64,000 nucleotides of DNA from the human T2T-CHM13v2.0 reference genome, Homo sapiens. A program made the position numbers and the translations under genes. Under the pieces are notes generated by a model. The model was not told the DNA's origin and made no database searches. It saw only the letters and a list, made by a program, of their open reading frames with translations. Below are positions 41,586 through 56,585 of this stretch, piece by piece; the first letter of the stretch is position 1; each line of letters starts with the position of its first letter. The stretch lies in assembly GCF_009914755.1 (NCBI RefSeq), contig NC_060932.1, one strand, 5' to 3'.

Positions 41586-43259
41586 CCTTTTCTAAACATA
41601 GGACTAGTTATATAAATAAAAACACATTTCCTAAATGTTGGCCTATGTACCTCCCATTGAGGCTATTTCCCGCTGAAAAACACGTGCTTTCTCAGAGTGA
41701 AGAGGTTTAAGAATCATGGACACGACTCTGATTATTATGTGCTCTTGGGCCAGAATCAACTTTACTAGGACTTTGTTTTCTCATTTATTAAAGAGGACTA
41801 ATGTTAACATACCTTAAACGTAGGTAATGAAAAATGACTAATTCAGTGGTCATGGAGTACCGCTTATGCAAAGTTAAAATGCTGCTATGACAAGTAAGGG
41901 GATTTTGGTAATTTGTCTCTTAAGCATTGCCAAGAAATCTCCAATAATTATAAATAGGGATCTAGAATGGAATTCAATGAATCATACACCATAGACTCAC
42001 TAATTACCTGTAAATGGCTGCTATTCTCTCCTTCTGCTAGTATATTTCCTCTGGAGAGCAACTTGGGAATATGAATCAAAAGAATACAATATCTTGAAAT
42101 TTCTTTGGCACATTCCCACAAAGCCAATGCTGTCTTGTTGGCCAACTGTTTTCCTTGAAACAGGTGTGCTTCAGCTTAAAGAAGGCGGAGACCTACTATG
42201 AAAGAAATAACTGAACAAAGTATTCTTCCACTTCACACAGCTTTCTTAAAATAGAAACTTCCCTTGTGCATAGTTCATTAATTTATTACCCTTGAGGAGA
42301 AAAAAAAATCACAATGATGATGTAACTCTGAAATGATCAAGTTAACCATTGGGGAAATGTGATTTAATTTCTGAAAACTTTACATTAACTCATGTGTGAT
42401 TAGAAGAGAGGTTTACTCCCATGAAGGTAGAAAGAGCAAAAGAAAGAGACATATTTAGGTTACAAGGCACAACTTTCAGCGCCTGCTTGTCACATCTTGT
42501 CTCACAAGTGATGGAGTGCATGGGCAGTGAGTCATGGCGGAGGCAATAGGCGCCATGAATGTGAGAAGATCTACCCAAGGCATGTCAGTCCCACTAGCTG
42601 GGCTCTCCGCTTCCACATTCCCACATGGCCCAGCACCTAGGTCAGCCTTGTTTGCATAAGAACCATTTAACAATGGCTCTCTCTATCTACTATAAGCTGA
42701 ATGCTGCACTAGGTCTTCTAGGAAGACAAAGACAAAGGCAGCATGCTCTCTGCCCTTTAGACTTGTCAACTTAGGGTGCCCAGATATCCAGGTCTGACAG
42801 CCTCAATCTTTTGGGCAGCCCTACTAAGGGGATCTGTGCCAGTTCTGTTGGGAGCTTCGTGGATTAGTCCCATCCTTAGGTTGCTCCTCACAAATAGGAA
42901 ACTTGCTCAGGGTTGTTTTCCCAGTTGTGTAGTGATCTGGACTGAGAACTTCCTACTGGCATCGGATCTCTTTGTCACCAATGGCATAAATCCACTACAG
43001 GAGTTGTTAGTGATGCTATATGGTTCATCACATTGGGCTCGGAGTACAGATTATGACTTCATAACTTACTGTCCCCTAAAGGCAAGAATTGCCATCAAGG
43101 CCTAACATAGTGCCTGTATTCCAGCACTACTTGTTAAATTCAAGGGCACAGAACTTGCCTCTCATGTTATGTGCCAACCGCACATGTGCTTGGCTAAAAT
43201 TTCTGGTGCTTGGCAATCTGTCCACAGCTCGAGATACCTATAGAGATTAGGAGGTACAG

Positions 43260-43440
43260 GAGGCTCTCAACGTTTAGCTGGTGTGCGTTAAGAATCACCA
43301 CAGGTTTTATAGAGGCAGATCCCAAGCCCCACCTCTGTAGATTCTGATTCAAAAGTTCTGAATTTGGCCTTAGGAATCTGCCTCTTTCAACCACACTGCT
43401 GTGGCTCTGATTCTGATGCCAGTGACTGGAGGGCCCTGTG
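43260..43440. mobile_element. MER5A-type MITE
   Basis: AGAATCACC...GCAGATCCCAAGCCCCACCTC...GATTCTGATTCA...AGGAATCTGC...TGATTCTGATGC. Confidence 0.72.
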
Positions 43441-45554
43441 TTTAGACATTATACCTCTCCCCTCAGGCTTCTGGGAAGATTCCAACCAAGAGCCCTGGGG
43501 GATCAGTTTGGGCTGGTGCTCCTCTCCACTGACCCAGCAGCTCAGATCCAGATGGAGGTTGGAGTAATATGAGAACCTTATCTTCTCTGCCTGTGCAACC
43601 TTCATGCAGCCATTTCTCTCCTGGTGTCCCTAGTCTTGACTTCATCAAGGGCTGCTGAGAACGTGTCCCTTTATGCCACTGACTTTACACTTAGCATTCC
43701 AAGACCTCACTAGCCTATTAGGATAACCTAGCATTTCACTGATGGTTGCCAAGGTGGCTCCTGAGTCATACAACTGAGAATATCCTGTCTTATACTGTCA
43801 CACTTCTAATGCTAGTGGCTTCATTCTTAAACAAACCCAGTTTGATGCTGAGAAGTTGGGGATGTGATGGGTACGCCCTTGGAGTCAGGGTCTCTGCCTC
43901 ATCAAGTGAGGAGTGAGATCCTTGGGAACAGCATGAACCCCAGACAATCCTGTTATAGACAAACAAAAGAACTCCACTGAGATGTCTTTAGTAATGTTCT
44001 AAAACCTGAAATTAATTATTCCCAAAGACAAGAGATGAATGATCAGACTGAAAATGGCTAAAATGGAAAGAACAAATGGCCTGTGATCAAAAGCACATCC
44101 CTGTGCTTACCTGGGATAATTCCCAGCAAATGTGCCCCTTAACTCCAATTTCAGGAAAGACAAACCCAGTCTTTCCTCTAATGTGTCATTCATTCTTTCA
44201 CTCACTGACAAACACTTATCAGGTACCTGCTTTGTGAATAGAATAACACATCTAAAAATTACAAGACTAATTTCAATTAACCAGGAATTAACAGCCTGCT
44301 TCCTTTTGACAACCAGTAATTTTTTTTTTAATATTAAGTTTGCAGAAATAGGAGGCAAAGCACTCCAACCTCTGGGGAGGACTTTCAGATGGTGACTGGA
44401 GTCGGAGGCATTGGAGCAAGGAAGTTCTACCAAACATCACAACAAGCAGCAGAGCTTGTTGGCTGAGGGGGTCATGCTTTATCCATTCCAGCAGGCAACA
44501 GGGGCCCAAGGACAACTTGAAAGCTCCATTCTAAGCTGTCTGTGATTTCATAATGTCCCTGTGAAGTGAGGACTTAGTACAAGTAATGCTACTTAATACA
44601 AGTATAAGCAGATGCTTTAATGTACATTTGCAAAGAAGACTGATGTAGGTTTTAAATCATGATTATATAGAACCATGAAAGAGCATTTACTGACACCTAT
44701 TGAACTGCGGACGCAACCTTTCTGCTAAAACAAAACAGCTCTATTTAGACCTGCACTCACTGAACTGGCAAAGATAAGAACCCTGTAGTCAGACTACCAC
44801 TCTGCAGAAGAGGATACAACAGAGATTAGAGATTTTCTTTGGATGAATTAATAATCAACAGCCCTTTGGGAACAATTTCCACCAGTCTCCCCCCAAAAGA
44901 CATGTCCCAGTTTGCCACTGGGCCTTCATCCATACTGCTCCTTCTGCCTGAAACACCCTCCTCCAAAGCTTCACATGACTAAAAAGGAGGTCACTAGCCC
45001 CATCAGCAAAGAAAGACAACACACCTGTTTCCCAGGTCAACATCAAGCTTGCTCATTTCTTTGTTCATTCATTCAGTCCCTGAGTTATTCAGTCTGTGTT
45101 GGGTACTTAATCCCAGTCCCCGTGGGGTGCACTGAGGACACAGATATGAAATGAGACACCATGTTTACATTCAGAAAGCTTGTAGCTTAATGGAGAAGAC
45201 AGACAGAAAATTGTAGAACTGTATGGTTAGTGGTCTAATTTAGGTTTGTATTTGACAGGAGTACTGGGGAAGTTAGGAATGGGACTCAGTGGAGTCCTGA
45301 AGAATGATACAGTACCTGGTTGAGGCAGATATTGTGGATCTGATGAATGGAATTGGCTCATGTGACCCACCTATTTTCACTTTGTTCTCCTTGTATAAAT
45401 GACCCATATTGATCATATGGTCAATCAGGGTTGGGGGTGCTGTCTGGGCCATGAAAGAAGGAGAAATAGCCTTATAAAAAGTAAGGCATGTACCATGGCC
45501 TCGTGCCAATCATACATCAGCACACTGGGGCAGCCACTCTGATGTTAATAAAAT

Positions 45555-47130
45555 CTCTCTTCAAGATGGCAGACTAGACATGACAGTCTGCCTATTCTTC
45601 ATTCAAAAATTCCAACTAAGTGGTGGAAAATGTGTATGAAAAAGAATAAATCAAGAACTGGGATGGAAATCAAGAAAAGTTACCATCAGCAGACAGAAAT
45701 TTTAAGAAATTTATAGAAAATAGCCAACAGATATGTTTGGATTGAGCCAACAAAAACCACAATGTAAAAGAGATTTTAGAGAGAGCTAATGAAGAGATGA
45801 GAGCTGTTCTTCTCAACAGAACCCTGAAGAATTCAGGTCTGGAGCCATAGGGAGAAGGAACAGTCAAGGCAATTAATAAAAAGACTATGAAGAATGTTGT
45901 TTTCCATCTCTTTCTACTCCCCTTTAAGATTTGTACAGAAAGGCAGTACATAAAAGTAGTTCATCCCTAAAAATAAAGCCTTCCTGGTCCTGGCAGTCAG
46001 GACAGTCACAGGCTTGCCTGTCTGCTTCCCACTGTCACATGTGCCTCCTGTGAGCCGAACTGCCAGCCTTTCCATTCAGGAAGAGAAGTGTGGTGGAAAA
46101 CCATTCCTACGTAACTGCCAAAGAAATCCCTCCAGTCACCTCTACTAGTCAGCACAGTCGTTCATTCATAAATATGATTGGGCCAGTCAACCCAGCCCTT
46201 CATTTATAAATATGATTGGGCCAGTCAAAAGTTACTGGTTATTGAAGGAAAACATAGAACATATGAAAGAAGGATCCAGAAGAGCAACAGAACATCTGAT
46301 ACTAAAGGAAATGGAGTTGGAACAAAGGACAAAGAAGGTAACTTTTTTTTTTAAAGTAATACTTTTAGGGATATTTGAGAGAAAAGTCTACATTCATAAA
46401 TATAAAAAATGATTTTACAAAGATGCTCAGTGGAAAGTCTGAATAATTGAAATGAAATGACTCAAAAATAAATTTGAGATCCAGAAGACAAAATTGAGAA
46501 AATCCTCTGAATGCACATAAAAGGGAAGAAAGAAAATATGGGAAAAAAGTTAAGACCATAGAGGAGAGATCCAAGAGACCTAACATCTCCTAGAGCTAAG
46601 GGACCTAGTATCGTTTCCATAGTAAGAGCTACTAGAGGAGAAAACAAAGAAAATAGAGATGAACACTTCAAATAAATCATAGAAGAATATTTTTCTGGGC
46701 TGAATAAACCTTGAATCTTTGGATTTAAAAAACCTGAAGAGGAATAATAATTTAAAAAATATCTGGACACTTCCTGGTAAAATTTATTACCTCCAAGTAC
46801 AACAAGAAAATCCTAAAAGTTCATGGGAGAGGGATGGGGGATGGAGCTACCTATAAAGGAATCAAAATCAAAATGGCAGCAGACTCTGCATCTGCTTTCC
46901 AGGTTGCTAGAAGACAGTGAAACAAAGTCCATAAAATTGTGATGGAAAGTAATTTGGCGTCTATTTTTCAATTATGAGGGCAAAATGAAGATCTACAAAG
47001 ATACAGCCCTTCTTCTATTATTTTGAAAAAAATTAAAAATATGCTCTAGCAAAATTGAAAATGAGTCTAAGAAAGGGGTAGATGTGGAGACAATGAAAAT
47101 AATCCAGTTGTGATGGAAAGAAATTCTAGT
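45555..47130 (+). mobile_element. Ancient L1 5'/ORF1-like remnant (HAL1/L1M)
   Basis: Starts CTTCAAGATGGCAGACTAGA; A-rich degenerate ORF1-like sequence (GAGAGATCCAAGAGACCTAACAT; AAAGGAATCAAAATCAAAATGGCAGCAGAC...GCTAGAAGACAGTG). Confidence 0.65.
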
Positions 47131-48397
47131 AGAAGAGCTTAAATCTAGTCCACATTAAATGGTAGCACAGAGGGCTTAGTAGAGAGCATCTTCAATAAGA
47201 AAGAGGTTACCATGACTAATAATTAAGCACCAACAATTAAACTATGACATGCCACATATGTACTGAAGATTTTAGTTTCTCCAGGTCAGAGAAGACAAAG
47301 ATAATTAGAAACTTTAGAAAAATAAATATACATAAAGGGCAATTATGGCCCAAATATAGCAAACTAAAATGTAGTATGTGTTTAAACAATTTGTGGAATG
47401 TAAAAAACACTGGTATTAGAAGCAAACAAAGTTAAGCCTCTCTGGTCAAAGGGGAAGGTCACTAGATGCAGTGGTTTACGACTTCATGAACTATATTCCT
47501 TACGGATTGCCCTTTTTTATATAATTTTCACCAAGAGAACAATCCTAAAGGTGGGATTAGGTTTTGAATTCTGTTTTAAAACCCCTTCTCCCAACCAAGG
47601 GTATTTTTGTTTGATTATCTGCAGTCTTTTCTGTCTTCCTGAGACAGTTAACTAAGCTTTATTAACTAAAAATATAAGCCTGTACTCATTATGAAACAAT
47701 GTTTTTTTAAGTTAATCCTCAATCTCTTAAAGTTTGATCTTTAATTTTTAATAAATTAAAATTAGTTAGAAACAGTAACTCTTACTTCAAACAGCTGTGT
47801 GAAGTTCAAATCCTCAATTTCATTTCAGAGTTCTTTTTCTTCTGTTGAAATAAAGTAAAATTAAACGTAATGCTTTTTAATTTTAAAATATTAGTAGTTG
47901 TTACTTTGGACAGTAAAACATTAAGAATGATGTTTCTTTTCTTTTTCATATTCTTCTGTGTTTTCCAAATGTCCAACCATAAACATATATTGATTCTATA
48001 CTTAAGTTATTTAAAATGAATATGAATAGAAGACTAACATAAGACTATCTGGGTATATTACTAGGACTAGAAAGTCTCCCAGGTTGAATGGCTGGTTAGT
48101 TGAGTGATTATATAAAAATTGCACTGGGTTAAGTAAGTGATTTGGAACACATGCTTCAGCCTACCATCTCCTTTCCTTTAACATCAAGAACACATTCCCA
48201 GTGTTGTAGGTCTAAAACATCTGTCATGAAACAGATGTTTATTTTTTTGTGTACATTTTGCCCATGTGTTTAAACCTAAGAAACTTCCAATTAATTTAGG
48301 ACTTTTAACAGATATTTTATTAGTTGAATAGCTTATGCAAGAGAAGAGGAAGGACAGGTTTATTTTAAATTCCCTCAAAATGTCCCTGTTTAAAAAC

Positions 48398-48612
48398 AGA
48401 AGAACAGTGGTTGGCAGGGGCTGATGGGGAGGGGTGAATAGGGAGTGAGTTTAATGGGGTTGGAGTTTCAGCTTGGGAAGATGAAAAAGCTCTGGAGATG
48501 TACAATAGTAATGGTTGCACAACAATGCGAATGTACTTAGTGAACTGAAACGTACACATAAAGATGGCTAAAATGGTAAATTTTACATGCATATTTTACC
48601 ACAACAAAAAAA
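48398..48612 (+). mobile_element. L1MB 3' terminal fragment
   Basis: GAAGATGAAAAAGCTCTGGAGATG...GGTTGCACAACAATG...AAAATGGTAAATTTTACATG...TTTTACCACAA. Confidence 0.85.
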
Positions 48613-49923
48613 GTCCCTGTTAATTTTAAATCCAGACATGATATAACATGATTTCAGTGAAAACTTTCCTTTTTTACAGTATTTCAAAATCAGTGTCTTT
48701 TAGTTAACCTGTAGCATAACTAAGTTTTGTGCTGTTTGTGACTCTAACAAAATACCCCTCCTGATGGGGATGCTGATGGAACAGTTAATAAACTCTTGGT
48801 TCATTAACAGTATAGTCCTTGGCTATAATCCGTAGGCTGTTTTGACAGTCTGAGGAGAAAGAGAGTTCTATTTCTAAATAGTAACAGATCGACCTTTAAA
48901 AATTGGAAGTTGATCAACATTTTTCAAGGTGGGCACAAACAGATCTAATGACAATTTCTTTTGCAAAGTGGAATTTGGACCAAAGATTGCATCTTTAATG
49001 GTTAAATAGCTTCTATTTTGTGAAATATATTCTGAATATACCAAAATATATATATACCCTGAGAGAGAGAATGGTTTGCTTTAACTACCCCTGGCAGTTG
49101 GGCTTGTACCAAGGTTGGTACCACGTTGTCCCATTCAACCTGGGAGACTTTCTAGTCCTAGTAATATACTCAGATAGTCTTATGTTAGTCTTCTATTAAT
49201 ATTCATTTTAAATAACTTAAGTATACAGATCTTGTACCAAGAGCTCAGGGCTCACCAAGGGTTCCCTCACCATTCCCTCCTGAATAGCTGGGAGGTGACA
49301 AGGAGCACAACATGGGCAATGGCCTTGGGGCAAAGGCCTCTCGACACAAAAACCAATTTACAAACCTTCACAATTGCCAGCAGCAATAGCAAGTGATGTT
49401 TTGTAAGTGGAAAACATACCTTTCATTCACCATCAGAGACTGAAATAAATGACTCAACTGGTTTAAAATCTTTATGTGATCAAATAGTTAAAAAACATAT
49501 CACCGATTCAATTTCTTCTGGTGTTGGACCTTAGGGACAGTACTAATCTGTGTGCTACTAGAGTGAAATTATCATCAATATCAACGCATTACTCTTCACT
49601 AGAATGATTAACAGATGGTGTTTTTGTTGGCTACCCAGGGATTTGTTTTCTATTATTCTTTGTATTGTACATATATGTTATATACACTTTTTTGCATGTA
49701 TAATTTATAATATTTTTCTTAAAGATGGCATGCTCTGGTTAAGAACATTCTGATAGTTGCCAGACACATATATTGATGATCAGTATTCAAAGATTTCAGG
49801 TGTAATGTAATGCAATGCACTCATAACTTACAACTAAAATTTCACTGAACACAACCTAATTTTTCATTGGTGACATGATTCAAAGATTTTTCAGAATAAT
49901 GTGCAGTGTCTCAGGGGTTTCAG

Positions 49924-49980
49924 TATATATATATGTTTTATATATATATAAATATACATATAATATATATTTATATAAAT
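49924..49980. repeat. (TA)n-rich tract
   Basis: Degenerate TA repeat. Confidence 0.85.
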
Positions 49981-51844
49981 TTTCATTGTATACTCATTAT
50001 AGTATAGTTTTATAGAAAATGTTTTAAAGGCTTGACTTGTTCATTTGGTTTGGAACTTATATGAGTATGACTTTGATGAGTAATAGGTTATATGTTTAAA
50101 ACTATGAAGTTACACAGCTTTGCCTACGGATATAACCCAGCTAAAGTTAAAATGGCTACTCACACCTACGGAGGGCAAAAGATAATTCACATTTCTTAAA
50201 ATTTAAGAAGTTAAAACTTTTCTATGAGAAAAATGGACAAAAATACTTAGCACATATTCAGGGATTTAAATGAGCTGTGTAAAGAAACAGAGTCACTAAA
50301 ATATTCTCACCCCACTTAACATGTACATCACTTCCCTGCTCCCAGCTTTCCCCAGCTTCCTAGTGTCTATCAGATCAAATCCAGCTTAAGTGGATAAATC
50401 CTAGATCCTCCATGGACCCACCATATAGATTATATATTTTTTCCTTTTCCCAACCATGTTCTTGACTCCAGGTGGGGAGGTGTCCTATTTCTGTCACTAG
50501 AATGTTCTCATCATGCTTCTCAATGAAGGATTATCCTTTCACTTTTGCTCCTCATGCCAGACGCTCTCTATCCTTTAGGCCCAACTCAAAGCTCACTTCC
50601 TCTCCAAAGTCATCTCAATGCCATATATCCTCTGGGGTTAATCTGTTCACTAATCACCTAACAGAGATGTAAAGAGGAGGCACTGTATGTCCTGCATGAT
50701 GCTGGGCACTGTGGGAAGTTGTAGCCAGTGTGGAAGACGTAGCTCTGGCCCTCAAATGCAGATGCCATCCAGCCTTCCTAACTAGACTGTTACCTTTTCA
50801 AAGACTGGCTGGTCCTATATTACTCATGCAGTATCCTACTTAGCTGAAATATCTTGGATGAGATGGGATATATCCCGGTTATTGAAAAGTCTGGGTGATT
50901 GCACCACATCTGCCCTGTGTCTATGGTAAGCAAATGAGGAACAGCTGGAGAAACCTTAGCAGTCCTTGGACATGAAAGGAATATTTTCATAGGCACTTAA
51001 CTCTAGGGCTCACTGTACAGAGTTAACAAATGCTGAATGAATAAATGAATGAGAGTCTTCTTAAGGGAAGAGGAGTAGACTATTAGGATGGGGTGAAGTT
51101 TAAGTAAGTGAGAAGAGAGTTGGGGCATTGATTTCTCTACAGCAGAAGGGAAAGGGATGCCTCTTTGAGTAAGGACACAAGGACCACATTTCTGAGGATT
51201 TCAAATGCTAGATTTGACCAACACATGGAGCCACAGACCAATGGGACAGCTGCCATTTTGGCAATTTTGTTAAGAGGCATAAGATTTTGTTGAATTAGCT
51301 AAATTTTACCTGGCTAAGGAGAATACCCTAGCTTTACTACAAACCAGTAGAGCAGAAAACATTGCCCTAGAAGCATAGGAAATGGGCCAAAATAGTGTCA
51401 AAGATACAGCAGTTTCTAACAATAGAAAAGTAGGCAGCAATTTAGACAGAGTAGGTATGGGAGAGGGAGACAAAGTGGACAAGGAGGACTGAGCATGTCC
51501 TATGATGGTCTAGGACAGATGATACGAGTACTGCCATCCACACTGCACTCTCCTGCAGGGAGGGTCCCAGTCAGTGGGGGCCAATGAGCGAGATCTTGCT
51601 AAGGCATGCAGTCTGGCCTCAGTGTAGCCCAAATCTTTTCCTAGAACCAGCAACAGCATTAACCTGTAGGACATTGTTCCAAATTTCCAAAAGCTCATTT
51701 GTAATTTGGTTGGTAACAGAAATATATTTTCCTCCAGAAATTAGGTTAGGTTAGGCCAAATCACAAAAGTCTATTTAATAATCCATATGTACCTGAAGTT
51801 TAGCCCTCTACACAGGCATTTCACTCATTTCTAATTACCCAAAT

Positions 51845-52722
<878 letters not shown>

Positions 52723-52760
52723 ACATATAACATTAATTCTGGGGAAAATACAATATATAA

Positions 52761-52867
52761 TAGTAAGTCCTCACAACATCATTGACAACAAAACCAATTA
52801 TTTTTTCTCATTAACATTACAACAAAACGATGTTGAATGAAATGACGGTATTTGAGGCTCTGCTGTA
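52761..52867. mobile_element. Internally deleted MER47/Tigger5-type element
   Basis: TAGTAAGTCCTCAC...AAAACGATGTTGAATGAAATGACGGTATTTGAGGCTCTGCTGTA resembles both MER47 ends; TA flanks. Confidence 0.55.
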
Positions 52868-55800
52868 TATTCCAAGTTGAAAGGCAATATAGTATAGTGA
52901 ATAAAGAGCCAGGACTCTGAAGCCAAATGCCTAGAGCTCTATTGTATACTTGTGTGACACTCAGCAATTTGTTTAAGCTCTCTGTGCCTCAATTTCCTCA
53001 TTTATAAAACTAGAATGTTGTTAAAAAATAGTTACTTTGAAAAGAACTTTGAAGACTATCCAGCTTCCTAAGTGTTAGCTATTATTATAATACTCTTCCA
53101 ATTCTGACGGATTCTTCCTGCCTCCTCGGGGGATGGTGGTGGCAGCACTACCAGAAGTAGAAGATTAATAACAGCAGTTCACATTATTGAGTACCTAATA
53201 CCTGTCAGTTTCTATGCCAAGTAAATTGACTCAAAAATCCAAGAGGGATGCCCTAATATTATTCACATAAGAAAACTCTGATTTAGGTAACTTGCTCAGA
53301 GTATCACTAGCAAGTGGTAGAAACAGGCCCCTGATCAGTTTAATTAGATAGAAGGAGCCTGAGTCCCTGGAGGACTGTGTGGAGCAGAGCCCTTCGCCCA
53401 ATCCTGATTTCTGGGTGAGTGAAAAATGAACAGTGTTGGATTATGCCATTAAGATTGGGGGCTATTTATTACAGCAGTGACCCTGTCCTGACTGGGTTAG
53501 TACAGGGAAGACGGGAGAGATATTTTTGGAAATATCACTAATTTAAAGACTCCTTTCATAAAATACAATGGTTTTCATTATTTGTATGAAACAGGGTATT
53601 TGCATAAAAGAAAATACTCTCTAGGTCGGTCCCTACCAGTCTCATTTGTCTTCTGAACTAGAGGACAAATAGCCTCTGGCCAACTGGGAATAGGACTGAG
53701 CATACCGACCTGGAATCCCTGACACTGATGGGAACAGATTGCTCACAAATGAGGCCGGCTGTTCACCAGCTGCAGAATGTCTCTTCTGGGGTTTCACTCT
53801 GGTGTAAAACCTAATGGTTCCCAGGTTGTTTGTCTGTTTTGTTTTGATGTTCTGTTTTGTACTGTTTCCTTTTAGAATTCTCTTTTGGACTGCAGTGGCC
53901 AGTGTGGCTGTGGGAAAGAGAACCCCAGTTAATAGTACATATAGGTCTCTGGGCAAGTTCTCTACATAGTTAGACTGCATATTCCATGATGGAAGGGACC
54001 TGCCCTGTCTTGTACCTTATAGCAACCCTGGGGTCTGGCTCAATGCCTGACACGTAGTATGTGCTCAAAATTTGCTGAATGCATGAAAGACTGAATGTTT
54101 GAATAAAAGCTCAAGCAAACAAAAGCCAGGGTCCATAAAGGCCCTTGGGTTCTCTATGCCAGCAGCATATCTCACTTGAGGATCCCATCAGAGGAGGACC
54201 TCACATGCCTACTATAATACTGTGAATGCAGTAGTCCGTTAATAAATGTTCGCCAATTGAGTGACTGTGCTGCACATGATCCATGATAAGATGTGGGAAG
54301 GTATAGGACGGGGAAACTTTTGTGAGATGCTATTTTTGATCTCCAACGATATTGTAAATATGGTCGTCACAAACCTGATCATGGTTTGAGTTATATGAAT
54401 CATATCAAAGTCTGTGGGAGTCAGCAGAGCAGATAGCCAAAGAACACAACAGTTTTCTTGACATTTACCTCTAATAGATAGGGCTTAAATTCATTAAAGC
54501 AAACAAAATCCAAAATCATCTTTTAAAAAAATTCATCCTTGCATAAAAGCAATGTGCAGCCTTTGGTCTTCCTGCAGTCACTGGGAGAGATTCAGAAAAT
54601 GTGAACAATCCTCCCATGAAGACAGGCAACAGCTGGAATGTCTTTCAGGCTAGAGATTTATTTCCTACAAATCAAATATAAAACTGCATTGTGACCTGAG
54701 AATATTCTGGTTTACATTAATGTAAACTAAATTTTAAAGGGATGCCGTGTCTTTATTTAAAGGCACTTATGAAAATACATGCAAAAAACCCCCTAAAGTT
54801 CACTACTGAGATAAAAAGGGCAGACTGTTTTTAGTTTGGCTCCAGTGAATTTCAATATTTATCATATAATTTTTATATCAAAATCTTAGTGAACATTAAC
54901 TTTTATGGTATCACTTCTGAAAACAATAAAAAATACTACATTTTGGAATGCTATTTCTAGTTAGATTTCCATCATGAAGCACCAGTTAAATAAATGTGGA
55001 TTTTATGAAAAATAATGGCACATTCCTTTTTGAAAAGTTTCAAACACCTGGCTTGAGAAGCAAACAGTACAGCCTGGAGTCAGAGATTTTAAACTTTTTC
55101 CAAGTTTCTTTATCAAGTTGTTAGAGACTCAAAGCTCCCAAGGCAAGTGTTCTTTTCTAATCCAAAGAATAAGAAACGTTTGAGAACATCTCTTTCGTAA
55201 TTCCTTTGAGAACACACGAAGACAAATTGCTAAGCTTCCATTTCAAATGCGAGGGATTTGGATTGAATTTAAACAACAGCTTGTGCAAAATGTCATAGCT
55301 CCCATTCTCTTACGCGGAGACAGTGGGTGTTGATGTCATAGAAAGGATGACTTTGGACATTCTGAATATAGGGCTGTGACGGCAGCTGACCAACTGCAAA
55401 GTTACGCTGTTGGTTTGGAGAGGAATATCAGGCACTATTTTCTGCACATTTAAAGAAACATGTTGAATGAGACAACTACTTACATAAGTCACACTAAACA
55501 ATACTATTAATACCCCCTGTATTGGTCTTAAATATCCAATAAGCCAAATAAGGTTCTGCATTCAGATACTTGGGAAGTGTCTCCACTTCCAGCTTAATTT
55601 CAAACATGCCTCATCCTAGAGACCTCTGTCAGATAAACCTTTAGGGCTCTCTCTTGAGTATCTGGAATTAACATGACAATTGATCAATTCACACGTGTAT
55701 GTGCTTTACATTAAGCTGGAAAGCCACATGCATTCTTTAATGCTTGCTTCAAATGCTATGAGCACATGAACTACCTTCTGTGGCCCATGGTTTTAACTCG

Positions 55801-56107
55801 CATAACTTGTACTAACACTATGAGTTTTCCTCTTAACCCCTGTCTAACCAGGTAAGGGTTTCCCAATCCAGGGGACATAAGACTGTTGTTAATGGATCTC
55901 AAGGAGGAAAATAAAAGAAAGTTACAATTTGGTAGCTATGTGAACATATTATTCCTTTTCATGCAGAATTTAGAGAACATTGCAAAATTCACACACTCGA
56001 AGAATAAAATCCGATGCGGTGGAACCGAATGTGGAAATGGGGTGATGGGTTTTGTCCAGTGCAGTTCTATCACCTTTTGGCATCACTAACGTACATATCA
56101 ATTGACT

Positions 56108-56585
56108 CAGGGGTGGATAAAATTCAAGAGGGCCTGGGGAACTTGGTTGGGAAAAATATTATATCTTTAGTTTCACTAACCTCAAACTGAAATTTAGTAT
56201 TTCCTTCAATTAAAATGTAGGCCACAAGCCACAGCACCTGTGATATTGTTGCCAAGAGAAATCACAGATATTTTCACCTCATTTTACAGTTGTTGTAGAT
56301 ATCCTGAAATATCTTTTATGCTCACCATTACTTCAAAATTATGGTAGTTATGGTAGTTATTATAACTGCTGTTAGTTTGTATTATGTAATAATGTGTTAC
56401 TAACAAAGCATGTATCACAATTTTGTAAAATTTAGTTAACGTTTTTCAATGAATGAAAGTGGTTTGATTTGTAAACCTGCATACTTTATTTTATGCATGT
56501 AAAAACATAATTCTGAGAAAAGTACATAGGCTTCACCAGGCTGCCAAAGAGGTCCACAGCACCAAACGGGTTAAGAATGTCCGAA
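56108..56585. mobile_element. Charlie4-like hAT DNA transposon
   Basis: CAGGGGTGG...TTTCACTAACCTCAAACTGAAATTTAG...CATAGGCTTCACCAGGCTGCCAAAGAGGTCCA...GGTTAAGAA. Confidence 0.7.

Noticed and set aside
44105-44180. Strong minus-strand donor CAG|GTAAGC at 44111/44110
   Set aside because: No credible acceptor or pyrimidine tract within exon distance.
47455-47475. CTCF-like motif TCACTAGATGCAGTG (and ACCACTAGTGGCTCC near 24027)
   Set aside because: Each is one base short of the CCASYAGRKGGC core spacing.
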